DNA of 64,000 nt from Scyliorhinus canicula (taxonomy: Eukaryota). The notes under the pieces are model-generated. The model did no database searches and was not told the origin of the DNA. It saw only the letters and a list, made by a program, of their open reading frames with translations. Each line of letters opens with the position of its first letter. The first letter of the stretch is position 1. The stretch covers positions 159,380,754 through 159,444,753 of the forward strand of contig NC_052154.1 in NCBI RefSeq assembly GCF_902713615.1. The letters run 5' to 3'. Positions 1-11,200 of this stretch are shown piece after piece. Made by a program: the position numbers and the translations under genes.

Positions 1-2680
1 ATGGTAGGTCTGTCCCACCCAGCCCTTTCTTACCCGCAGTCGGTCCTGCTCTCTCAGGTGCGTCTCTTGAAGGAAGATTATGTCTGCCTTCATGTTTCTT
101 AGGTGGTTGAGGTCACTGGGTCGTTGAGTCCCCTTACATTCCAGGTGATTATCCTGGTGGGGGGCTTCTGTCTCCTCGCTCCTGTGGGATTAACTATATT
201 CACCTGGTGGACGCGCCCCTGCCCTCCGGGGTTCCCCCTTGTTCGGGGGCTGTCCAGGATGGTCGCTGTCACTGCTCTGTCCATGCGGTTGGGCCCCTGC
301 GCTCCGGAGCTTCCCTCCGTCCAGGAGGCCCCCAACATGGTCGCCCGCTGTGCAGCCGCCACGCGGGTAGCCCCCTTCACTTTGGGGTTTCCCTTTGCCC
401 AGAGGCTGTACTGGGTGGATGCTGGCAGCGATTCCTTGTTCCGAGCCCTTGGTTGCAGCACTCTGTAGCCCTATTGCTGTTCCTTTTCTAGCCTTTTTTG
501 TCCCTCCGTCCCTGTGTTCCGCCACCCCCCCCAATCCCTCCCTTTCCTCCCCTTTCTCCCCCTCTCCCGTATATCCCTCCTTTGTCCCTCTTTCCCCTGC
601 TCCTGTCCCCGTTTGCCCTCCCACCTCTGTTGAGTGGTTCCTCCCTCCTCTGCCTGGTGCCGTCTCCTCTGTTGGGGGCACGCTGCGGCCCTGCTTTTTT
701 GCATGTCCCCGGTGCTAGCTTTCTTGCTAGTGCGGCGACCCCCCTCTGGGGAGTTACTGTCTCGCTTCTCCCCTGCCCAGCCTCTGTGTTTTTTCGCCCA
801 CTCTTCCCCTGCCCTACCCTGTTTGCTCACCCTTTTCCGCTACTCTCATACCCTTCTGCTGGAGCCTGATTTCCCACCTATGTCGGTTCGTTGGGTAGCG
901 GTTTGCTTTTTGTTCAGGGTGCGCTTTCCATGTTGGGGATGGCGTTGGGGGCGGGGGGGGGGGGGGGGGGGCTGCGTTACCTGGGGCCCCGTGTTTCTAC
1001 CCTCGCTGTTCACCAGCCCATGTTCTTCGATAAATTTGTTTGCGCCGCCGGCGGCTGTGAAGAAATACTCTCTTTCTTGGTATGTGACCCAGAGTTTCAT
1101 TGGGTACAGCATACCAATTCGCACATTGTTCCTGTGAAGGGCTGCTTTTGCTCTATTGAATTCGGCCCGTCTCCTGGCGAGGTCTGCCCCAATGTCTTTG
1201 TACACTCTAATGAGGTGTCCTTCCATCTGCAGGTTCTGCTTTGCCTGGCCCAGCGCAGGATTGTTTCCCTGTCTTTGTACCGGTGCAGTTTGGCTATAAC
1301 TGCTCTCGAGTGTTCCCCTGCCCTGGGTTTCGGGCGCAGCGACCGGTGTGCTCTGTCCATTTCTGGTGGGTTGGGGAAAATTTCCCTCCCCAGTAAGTTG
1401 CCCAGCATCTCCGGTTGCTCATGTCAGTCGCAGCCCTCTCCAGCTCCTTAATGGTCACCTTTTGGGTTTCCAGTTTCTCCTCATGGGCTTCCAGTTTCTA
1501 CTCTGCTCTGCCCAGGGCAAGCTGCACCTCCGCCAGTGCCTTGGCCATTGCTACAGGCACTGCGGCCTCTATGTCTGCTTTGGCCCCTGCCTTGCTTTCC
1601 TGCTGGTATTCCCTCAGTGCCTCGGCAAAGGCTGCCTTCTAGTACCCCTCTGGCCTAAGGGGTAGAAGCTCCTGTCTGCCCAGTTCTTTTAGTTGCGGTG
1701 AAGCTTCCATTCCGCCGCTTTGTGTGCCAATTAGCTCGTCTGAGTGGGCTTGTGTATTGCTCCGTTTGCTCTTGGTACCCTTTCTCCCTCTGCTTTGGCT
1801 CCCTTCTGGCATTTCCCACCCCCCTTTTTTTTCCCCTTTTCCCCCTCCTTTTTTTCCCTCTTCCACCCCCACCCCCTTTCCCCTCTTTTTCTCTCCTCCC
1901 TCCCTTCTGAAGACTCTTTTCAGGTAAGTTTGGTTTTCTTTTTTGAGAAGTGTGGAAGGGGAGAGGGAGTGTTCTGTCCCTTCAACAGTTTTATTTTTCT
2001 AAGTCTTTCTTTTCTTTTGTTTTTTTTTGCCCCCCCCCCCCCCCCACCCCCCCCCCCCCCCCCCCCACAAGGAGGGAGTTCTCGCTTTCTGTTTTCTCCT
2101 CCTCACTCACCCTTGAACCAGAGAGAGGGGAGTCCCCCTTTGTTCCGCCGCTGCCAGCCTCGTGGTGGTTGCTGCCGGGGGCGGGGGGGGGGAAGAGGGC
2201 CTCGTTGCTGGCTCGGACCTCGTTTTGGCTCACGCTGCCCCTCCTCCTGCCACGCTTTTCGCTGCCCCGCCTTGTTGTCCCGTGCCCCGCTGCCGCCTCT
2301 GCGTTCTGCTGTGCGAGGGGTGGGGGTGGCTTGGTTGGTTGGCTGTGCTGTCTCCATTCAGCGAGGGGGGGGGGGGGGGGGGTGCAACTCTCTCCAGTCG
2401 CTTCCTGGTCTCCGGCCCCCGGCTCCTCCCGCATACCCTTCCTACCCCCGGGCCGCAGCTTACCGCTCCAGTCCCTTGCGGCCTCCTCTCCTTCTCCCCG
2501 GGGAGGGGGGGGGGGGGGACTCTCCCCTCATGCTTTTCCTGCCCTTCGCTTCATTCCCGATCGGTCAAGCTCGCGCACCCGGGCGCACATTCTTTGTGGG
2601 GGAACGGGACTATGTTCCCCTCCTCCGGAGCTCCTCTACGCGCGACCGCTCCCCTCTGCCGCTGGAACTGGAATGCAGAA
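1..2680 (-). mobile_element. Degenerate L1-clade LINE, 5' part (GC-rich 5'UTR, ORF1, spacer, start of ORF2 endonuclease); runs off the left edge
   Basis: ORF1 fragments 846-1408 (DRAHRSLRPKP...VIAKLHRYKDRETIL; LYP-KLWVTY). ORF2 start IITWNVRGLN, then after a frameshift KADIIFLQETH. Stops and frameshifts present. Confidence 0.85.
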
Positions 2681-3679
2681 GACATCAATTTAAAGCTATT
2701 CTTATGTTGTGCAGCTCAACTGGCTAATGGAACACTAGGATCCCAAATTTTGGCAAAGAGTAGACAGGCAGCGCCTGCATTGTTTAGTTATGACAAAGGA
2801 AGCATTAAGCTACTAGTTGCGTTATTTAGTCAGGTATACTGATTTACGCAAGTATGAGGCTGGCAACATTGGTAGGTGTGTTGGGGGGGGGGGGGGGTGG
2901 TGGGGGGAGTGGATTATCTAACTGGATATTTGGTGTGAGTTTAAGTTACAGGAGTTGCTGCTAAGTGAGGGATGGTGCATTGCTTGGCACAAGACGTTGG
3001 TGATGCGGCCAGTGGATGTCATGTGAAAATGCATTCACTGATGTTGATTGTCTGTGTTGTGAGGTCATTGAGCCTTATAGTGCTGCTACCAGGTCCATGG
3101 GTACAAATTCCACTCTTGCCTCCAGCACCACATCCATCACTATGAACTCTTGGCATGTACTTAGCAACAATGTATTTTGCAGCAGTCCTTTCATGCCGAT
3201 TCTCTTCAAGGTAGTTTCTCTTTAAGAGCAAGCTAGCTGTGTCATGTTGTGCTCAATGCTGCTAGGGCCTGCTGCTGCGCACAGAGCTGGCCAGCAGTGC
3301 TCAAGAGCAGAGAGCAGAGTTGAAGGTGCTCCAGCTCGTGCTGTGAGTCGGGATTTTTTTATGATGCCCACCTCCATCAGAATGGGTACAGACAGGTCAT
3401 GACTCAGCGTCACCCATGCCCAAAACCCAGCTCATCCAGCTTCTAGCTCAATGTCTTCCAACCTCACCTAAAGCAATAACACAAGATCATCTGGTAGTTT
3501 GAAGTATTAGGAGCAATTTATACATTTTTAAGCAAATACAAAATAGATGTCCCTTTAAGGATGTAGAAATAAACAAAGATTTGCAGCACAGTAGGAAGCT
3601 ATTTGATGGATTGTACCCATGCCGGCCAAATTATACAACTTCGTGATTTGACAAATTTGTACTGCAAATGTCGCATAAT

Positions 3680-4430
3680 AAGAATATAAGAACTAGGAAC
3701 AGGAGTAGGCCACCTGGCCCCTCAAGCATGCTCTGCCATTCAATAAGATCATGGCTGATCTTTTTGTGGACTCAGCTCCACCAACCCGCCCGCTCACCTC
3801 AACCCAGAATTCCTTTACTGTTCAAAAATCTATCTAGCATTGCCTTAAAAACATTCAATGAGGTTGCCTCAACTGTTTCACTGGACAGGGAGTTCCACAG
3901 ATTCACAACCCTTTAGGTGAAGAAGGTCCTCCTCAACTCAGTCCTAAATCTTGTCTCTCTTATTTTGAGGCTATGCCCCCTAGTTCCAGTTTCACTTGCC
4001 AGTGGAAACAAACTCCCTGCTTCTATCTTATCTATTCACTTCATAATTTTTTTTTAACGGGCAATTCAGAGTGGCCAATCTACCTATCCTGCACATCTTT
4101 GGGTTGTGGAGGTGAAACCCACGCAAAAACGGGGAGAATGTGCAAACTCCCCATGGACAGTGACCCAGAGCCGGGATCGAACGTGGGACCTCAGCGCCGT
4201 GAAGCAGCAGTGCTAACCACTGCGCCACCGTGCTGCCCTCCCTTCATAATTTTGTATGTTTCTATAAGATCCCCCTCATTCTTATAATTTCCAAAGAGTA
4301 TAGTTCCAGTATACTCAGTCTCTCCTCATAAGTCAATTCTCTCAACTCCGGAATCAACCTAGTGAATCTCCTTTGTATCCTCTCCAGTGCCAGTACATCC
4401 TTTCTCAAGTAAGGAGACCAAAACAGTACA
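3680..4430 (-). mobile_element. Old CR1 LINE 3' fragment interrupted by a SINE (~4040-4240)
   Basis: Reverse complement of the CR1 3' tail (AAGAACTAGGAACAGGAGTAGGCC...), homologous to the 3' end of the CR1 at 47675-51295. Confidence 0.7.
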
Positions 4431-4699
4431 CAGTGCACTTCTGTCTAATTAAATATCAACTTGCTGCTAAAAATAAACCTGTTAAAGTTGCATTTCTATT
4501 TTTCCGATTGTACTTTTCCACCAGGTAAAGCCCATTTTGAAGAATATCAAAACATTTGAAAAAACACATGTAGTCAATTGCTACAACAGTATAACTCCAT
4601 TTGCTGGTCAAATGTAGATACTAAAAGTGATATACAAATTTATAAAAATGTGACATTGAAGTGAAACACGACGTACATTCTAGGCAGTTAAATCTCTCA

Positions 4700-5000
4700 A
4701 TTGTATTTATTAAAAATTCAAATTATATTGTTTAAAATCTATTACAATAAGATAATCTCAATTAAACATTGTTTGAAGGTCTGTTTATCAATTTATTATC
4801 AGCTTTACAAGTGCAATTTTGGAGTTTGCAAACAGAAACTAAGAAATGCTGCCACAGATTTAAAAATGAAGGAAGCATCAAGAAGCATTCTGAAACATGG
4901 ATTTACATAGTATATACAGCATAGTATTATGATCCCAGATCAGACCCCAAAAGTGGCTAGGATACTGGACCAAAACTAAATATTTTAATTTATTTGTAAG
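4700..5000 (-). terminator. Candidate polyadenylation region of the gene
   Basis: Three minus-strand AATAAA hexamers (plus-strand TTTATT at 4706, 4792, 4989) in AT-rich sequence about 3 kb past the stop. Another lies at 6482, so the true 3' end is unresolved. Confidence 0.25.
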
Positions 5001-5775
5001 ACTGCGCGGAAGGAATGATTCGCTCCAGGAGTGATTGAGTTAAGAAATAGGGATTTGCTATGTTGTTATGAATACAATCTTAAAGTCTTTACCTTCGAAA
5101 CCGAAAAGAACAGCTTACAATGCTACTCAATTTTCCATTAAACAACAAGAAACATACAGCTCTCATGTAACTTAAAATTAGCATGGCATAAAGTAATACT
5201 TGCGTTATGAAACAGATTTGGTTCGTGATAGAACCCCTTCAGACTCTGGCTGAATATTTTCAAAAAGCTGGTTCATCTGGCATGTTTCAGCTTCTTCCTT
5301 GTCCCCATACAAGACTGTCCTCCTTTAAATATTATTCTTTTATAACTATCCTACTGTGAGAATTGTGGACTCAGTGTTGGACAGATCATACTTCACCCCT
5401 TCTCTCGCCAAAGCCTTCTCCAAAATTGACTCTCTGCATTCCATGGCTCCACCCAGCAATGACATCATCTCTCCCAAACTGAAAAATGAATTAACTCTAC
5501 AGACTGTAAGTACCTCAACTCCCCAGGGGCGTTCCCCAGTCAAACCACAGTGCATTATCCCAGACTGAAAACCACATTCCTTTGGTCAATTTCTGGCTCC
5601 TAGAGACTCACAGGCCTTTACAAAACAAAATCCTTTTTTAAATTCATGACCACTGCAAACACTATAACCCCAGGCTTTGAACCCTCAAATTGTCCCAATA
5701 TTTAGAAGCCACTATTTCTAAAATCCTCCATTCATCACTGCTCAAAGTGCATAACGCTACTTCCAAATTCTCATT

Positions 5776-6133
5776 GGGCAGCACGGTAGCATTGTGGATA
5801 GCACAAATGCTTCACAGCTCCAGGGTCCCAGGTTCGATTCCAGCTTGGGTCACTGTCTGTGCAGAGTCTGCACATCCTCCCCGTGTGTGCGTGGGTTTCC
5901 TCCGGGTGCTCCGGTTTCTTCCCACAGTCCAAAGATGTGCAGGGTAGGTGGATTGGCCATGATAAATTTCCCATAGTGTCCAAAATTACCCTTAGTGTTG
6001 GGTGGGGTTACTGGGTTATGGGGATAGGGTGGAGGTGTTGACCTTGGGTAAGGTGCTCTTTCCAAGAGCCGGTGCAAACTCGATGGGCCGAATGGCCTCC
6101 TTCTGCACTGTAAATTCTATGAAATATCTATGA
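5776..6133 (+). mobile_element. tRNA-derived V-SINE (HE1-like), full length
   Basis: GGCAGCACGGTAGC head, B-box GGTTCGATTCC, core GGGTTTCCTCCGGGTGCTCCGGTTTC, CR1-like 3' tail ending TTCTATGA. Confidence 0.9.
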
Positions 6134-7420
6134 AAGAGCCTGCGGTAAGAAATATGTCCATGAGCATACCATATGGCTCCTCAAGGCTGCTCTGCCATTC
6201 AACATGATTGAGGCCTATCTTCTGCCTCAACTCCACTTTCTGCAAGCTCCCTATATCCTCATACTCCCCGAGGGACAAAATAACTATCTATATTTATCTA
6301 GCCTGGTCTTGAATAGACTCAATGATGTAACATCCACAACCATTTGAGGTAGAGAATTTCAAAGGTGCACAACAAGTGAAGACATTCCCTCTCTTTCCAG
6401 TCCAAAATGATTGCTCTCATTATCATAAGACTGAGTCCCCATATTCTAGATTCCGCACCCAAGGGAAACAACCTCTTGGTGTTTATTTTACCAAATTCCC
6501 TTCAGAATCATGTCTGTTTCAATGAGGCCACTTCGCATTCTTCTAAACTCCAGAGAATAGAAGCCCAATTTACTCAACCTCCCCTCATTGGACCCTCCTT
6601 TCATTTCAGGAACCATTCTGTTAACGCTAGATAAAGACTTGGGGGAAGGAGGGGGGGAAAAAGGAAGGAAAACAAAAAGGAAGGAATGTTTCAGTGATTT
6701 TAGTTGAAGGGAAAAATATGGGCTAGTGGTACTTCCCTGCTCTTCTTTGAACAGAGTCATGAAATCTTTTATGTCCAACCAAGAGAGCAGGTTTAAGATG
6801 TCAAAGATATGAAGGCAGCTTGGGCATTGCAGGACCTCCCCTGGCATTGTGCTGACCTGTCTCCATCTGCGTAAGGAGAGTGAGGGCCAATACTGGACCA
6901 ATGCAGAAAAGGGTTTCTGAAATATCTTCCCAACCAATAGTGTACTGCTGCAGAGAGAGAGTAGAAATACCTATCTCTGCACTCAATTAAAAAAAAAATC
7001 TTGTAGTGAACAGAATATTTTGACAAATTACAAAAGTTGGCAAAGATACTTACCAACAGAGAAACCAACATTAATAATCTTCTACTTCATAAAGAAGATG
7101 GTGACTATAGACACCAAATACCACGTGCATACCTTTTCCCCATGCAAAGCGAACATTTGGAACATTACAGGCCAGTTAAGACCATGAAGAGTGACAACAA
7201 ACACCTTAAGCTTGCTTTCTTGCCCAACACACTGTACTAAAACAGGGATAATTATGGCAACCAATGCCCCTCTTCTTTTCCTTCACAGTATAATATAAAC
7301 CTTGTCCCTCACTTATTCCGTTTTCACAAACACTGGTTTTGTAGGCAGTCCTCAATGCTCATTCTTTCAGTTTCTATGTAAATAGTTAATTAGAAACACG
7401 GGGAAAAGCCATTAATTATT

Positions 7421-7745
7421 GGGGCCTCACGGTAGCATGGTGGTTAGCATCAATGCTTCACAGCTCCAGGGTCCCAGGTTCGATTCCCGGCTGGGTCACT
7501 GTCTGTGTGGAGTCTGCACGTCCTCCCTGTGTGTGTGTGGGTTTCCTCCGGGTGCTCCGGTTTCCTCCCACAGTCCAAAGATGTGCGGGTTAGGTGGATT
7601 GGCCATTCTAAATTGCCCGTAGTGTAAGGTTAATGGGGGGATTGTTGGGATACGGGTTACGTGGGTTTAAGTAGGGTGATCATTGCTCGGCACAACATCG
7701 AGGGCCGAAGGGCCTGTTCTGTGCTGTACTGTTCTATTCTATCTA
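7421..7745 (+). mobile_element. V-SINE in the probable 3'UTR; tail nearly identical to the CR1 3' end
   Basis: Tail CATCGAGGGCCGAAGGGCCTGT...GTTCTAT matches the 3' end of the CR1 at 14915 (LINE/SINE shared-tail partnership). Confidence 0.88.
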
Positions 7746-7996
7746 TATTCGGCTGACAGATGTATAAATACCTGTATTGTTAATATAGCTTAGGCACAGA
7801 TATCTTACAAAAGCTCAGGATAAATGTACGAGTGGTTCGGAAAACCAAGACCAAAAATTATGACATTTCATTCACCAATGGAAAACATAGCGATTGTCGT
7901 ATACATGATGCAAGGTCAAAACAAGGTGGTTGTTTCCATCTCTAAAATCAAAATCACAGCGCACTGCTTCCTGATCCAGAAAATTGCCACATCAAC

Positions 7997-8295
7997 TCAA
8001 CTTAATTTCAGTCTGAAGTATCTGCAAATTGGATCCATCTCAGTGATAACATCAACTTGGAACTGACAATTGTGATCTTCTTGCTTTGGTGTATAAGTTA
8101 ATGCTGTGGTGAAACCCACACCAGTTTTAAACGGTGTGTTTGCAATGCAGCTCATATCTTCAAAAGGGTAAACGTCTCTGTACCAAGTGATGTGGGCATC
8201 ATCCACGGTGGTTCCTTTAACAGTGCAGGAAATTGTCACGGGCTGCCCGGCTCGAGGACATTTTGTTTGGCAAGTTATCTGTGACACCTCTTCAT
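7997..8295 (-). CDS. Exon 12, terminal post-TM Ig C1-like domain 7 ending in TGA
   Basis: Acceptor ttttattccaacag|; VTISCTVKG...ITWY...[10 protein letters not shown]...QFQVDV...LKLS-stop; F-strand Cys replaced; no TM. Confidence 0.85.
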
Positions 8296-11200
8296 CTGTT
8301 GGAATAAAATTTAGAATAAAACTCTTAAAAAACATGACAGAAATATAGATTTAATTGTACGAAGAAAAAACACAAGGAAAGTTGGATTCTTCTAGCAGTA
8401 GAACTCCTACACTAGGGGCCTTTTCATTTTAATCTCAACTGCTTCTGACTTCCGAAAAGAAATGAGCCATTTTACCAAGAGTCACCATAGGTCCTGCATA
8501 AATTTCAAGCCTTGATGTCCGGGAATAAAAGCAAAACAACAGGCGGAGAACATCCTTCTGTCTCATTAAGAGACATTTTTTGATTTAGTCACGTGCAGAA
8601 TTAGAATGATAGAATTTACAGTGCAGAAGGAGGCCATTCGGCCCATCGAGTCTGCACCGGCTCTTGGAAAGAGCACCCTACCCAAGGTTCACACCTCCAC
8701 CCTATCCCCATAACCCAGTCACCCCACCCAACACTAAGGGTAATTTTGGACACTAAGGGCAATTTATCATGGCCAATCCACCTAACCTGCACATCTTTGT
8801 GACTGTGGGAGGAAACCGGAGCACCCGGAGGAAACCCACGCACACACGGGGAGGATGTGCAGACTCCGCACAGACAGTGACCCAAGCCGGAATCGAACCT
8901 GGGACCCTGGAGCTGTGAAGCGATTATGCTATCCACAATGCTACCGTGCTGAGGTACAGTGAAAAGTATTGTTCTACGTACAGTTCATACAGATCATTCC
9001 ATTCATGAAAAAAACATAGGACATAGATAAATACGTAGACACAGGCAGCAGGTGAAGCAGACGGAGTGTAGTACTACTCCGTAGAGAAGATGTGTGAAGA
9101 GATCAGTTCAGTTCAGAAGAGGGTCATTCAGGCGTCTGGTAAAAGCGGGGAAGAAGCTGCTTTTGAATCTGTTAGTGCGTGTTCTCAGACTTTTATATCT
9201 CCTGGCCGATGGAAGAAGTTGGAAGAGTGAATAACCCGGTTGGGAGGGGTCTTTGATTGTGCTGCCCGCTTCCCCAAAGCAGCAGGAGGTGTAGACAGAG
9301 TCAATGAATGGGAGGTAGTTCTGCGTGATGGACTGGGCTATGTTCATGACTCTGTAGTTTCCTACGGCCTTGGACCGAGCAGTTGCCTTACCAGGCTGTG
9401 ATGCTTTCTATGGTGCATTTGTAAGAGTCAATGTGGACATGCTGAAATTCCTTAGTTTTCTGAGAAAGTATAGGCACTGTTGTACTTTCTTGGTCGTAGC
9501 GATGGCGTGGGTCAACCAGGATAGATTGTTGGTGATAATTATACCCAGGAATTTGAAGCTGTCAACCTTCTCCACCTTCGCACCATTGATGCAGACAGCG
9601 AAGTATGATACTTCGCTTCCTGAAGTCAATGACCAGCTCCTTAGTTATGCTGACATTGAGGGAGAGATTGTTGTTGTTACACCACGCCACTAGGCTCTTT
9701 ATCTCCCTCTCGTACTCTGACTTATCGTTGTTCGAGATCCAACCCACTACAGTCATGTCATTAGCAAACGTGTAGATGGAGTTGGATCCACATTTTGCCA
9801 CACAGTCGTGTGTGTATAAGTATAGGGGCTAAGAACGCAGCTTTGCGGATCATTGGTATTAAAGACTATCGTGGAGGAGGTGTTAGATAGAGAAAAATAC
9901 AGCACAGAACAGGCCCTTCGGCCCACGATGTTGTGCCAAACTTTTGTCCGAGGTTAATCATAGAATTTTGGACAATTTTTCATGGCCAATCCACCCAACC
10001 TGCACATCTTTGGACTGTGGGAGGAAACCGGAGTACCCGGAGGAAACCCACGCAGTCACGGGGAGGATGTGCAGACTCCACACAGACAGTGACCCAAGTC
10101 GAAATCGAACTTGGGACCCTGGAGCTGTGAAGCAATTGTGCTATCCACAATGCTACCGTGCTGCCCTTAAGAAGTTAACCGACACTCCGTTATTCTACCC
10201 TAATCCATGTACCTATCCAATAGCCGCTTCAAGGTGCCTAACGTTTCCGACTCAACTACTTCCACAGGCAGTGCATTCCATGCCCCCACTACTCTCTGGG
10301 TAAAGAACCCACCTTTGACATCCCCTCTATATCTTCCACCATTTATCTTAAATTTATGTCCCCTTGTAATGGTGTGTTCCACCCGGGGAAAAAGTCTCTG
10401 ACTGTCTATTCTATCTGTTCCCCATATCATCTTATAAACCTCTATCAAGTCGCCCCTCATCCTTCTCCGTTCTAATGAGAAAAGGCCTAGCACCCTCAAC
10501 CTTTCCTCGTATGACCTACTCTCCATTCCAGGCAACATCCTGGTAAATCTCCTTTGCACCTTTTCCAAAGCTTCCACATCCTTCCTAAAATGAGGCGACC
10601 AGAACTGCACACAGTACTCCAAATGTGGCCTGACCAAGGTTTTGTACAGCTGCATCATCACCTCACGGCTCTTAAATTCAATCCCTCTGCTAATGAACGC
10701 TAGCACACCATAGGCCTTCTTCACAGCTCTATCCACTTGAGTGGCAACTTTCAAAGATCTATGAACATAGACCCCAAGATCTCTCTGCTCCTCCACATTG
10801 TCAAGAACCCTACCGTTAACCCTGTATTCTGCATTCCTATTTGTCCTTCCAAAATGGACAACCTCACACTTGTCAGGGTTAAACTCCATCTGCCACTTCT
10901 CAGCCCAGCTCTGCATTCTATCTATGTCTCTTTGAAGCCGACAACAGCCCTCCTCACTATCCACTACTCCACCAATCTTCGTATCATCTGCAAATTTACT
11001 GACCCACCCTTCAACTCCCTCATCCAAGTCGTTAATGAAAATCACAAACAGCAGAGGACCCAGAACTGATCCCTGCGGTACGCCACTGATAACTGGGCTC
11101 CAGGCTGAATATTTGCCATCCACCACCACTCTCTGTCTTCTATCGGTTAGCCAGTTTGTTATCCAACTGGCCAAATTTCCGACTATCTCATGGCTCCTTA

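Noticed and set aside
1744-2842. Long plus-strand ORFs (327, 247, 226 aa)
   Set aside because: Low-complexity Pro/Gly/Phe translations of the antisense GC-rich L1 5'UTR; no domain signature.
3016-3420. Short ORFs in a decayed repeat-like segment
   Set aside because: Multiple stops and no recognisable motif; cannot be assigned.
5776-5860. tRNA-like heads with A/B boxes (many copies)
   Set aside because: They are SINE 5' regions without a complete cloverleaf or acceptor stem, so not tRNA genes. The recurring 60-120 aa SINE ORFs are likewise spurious.
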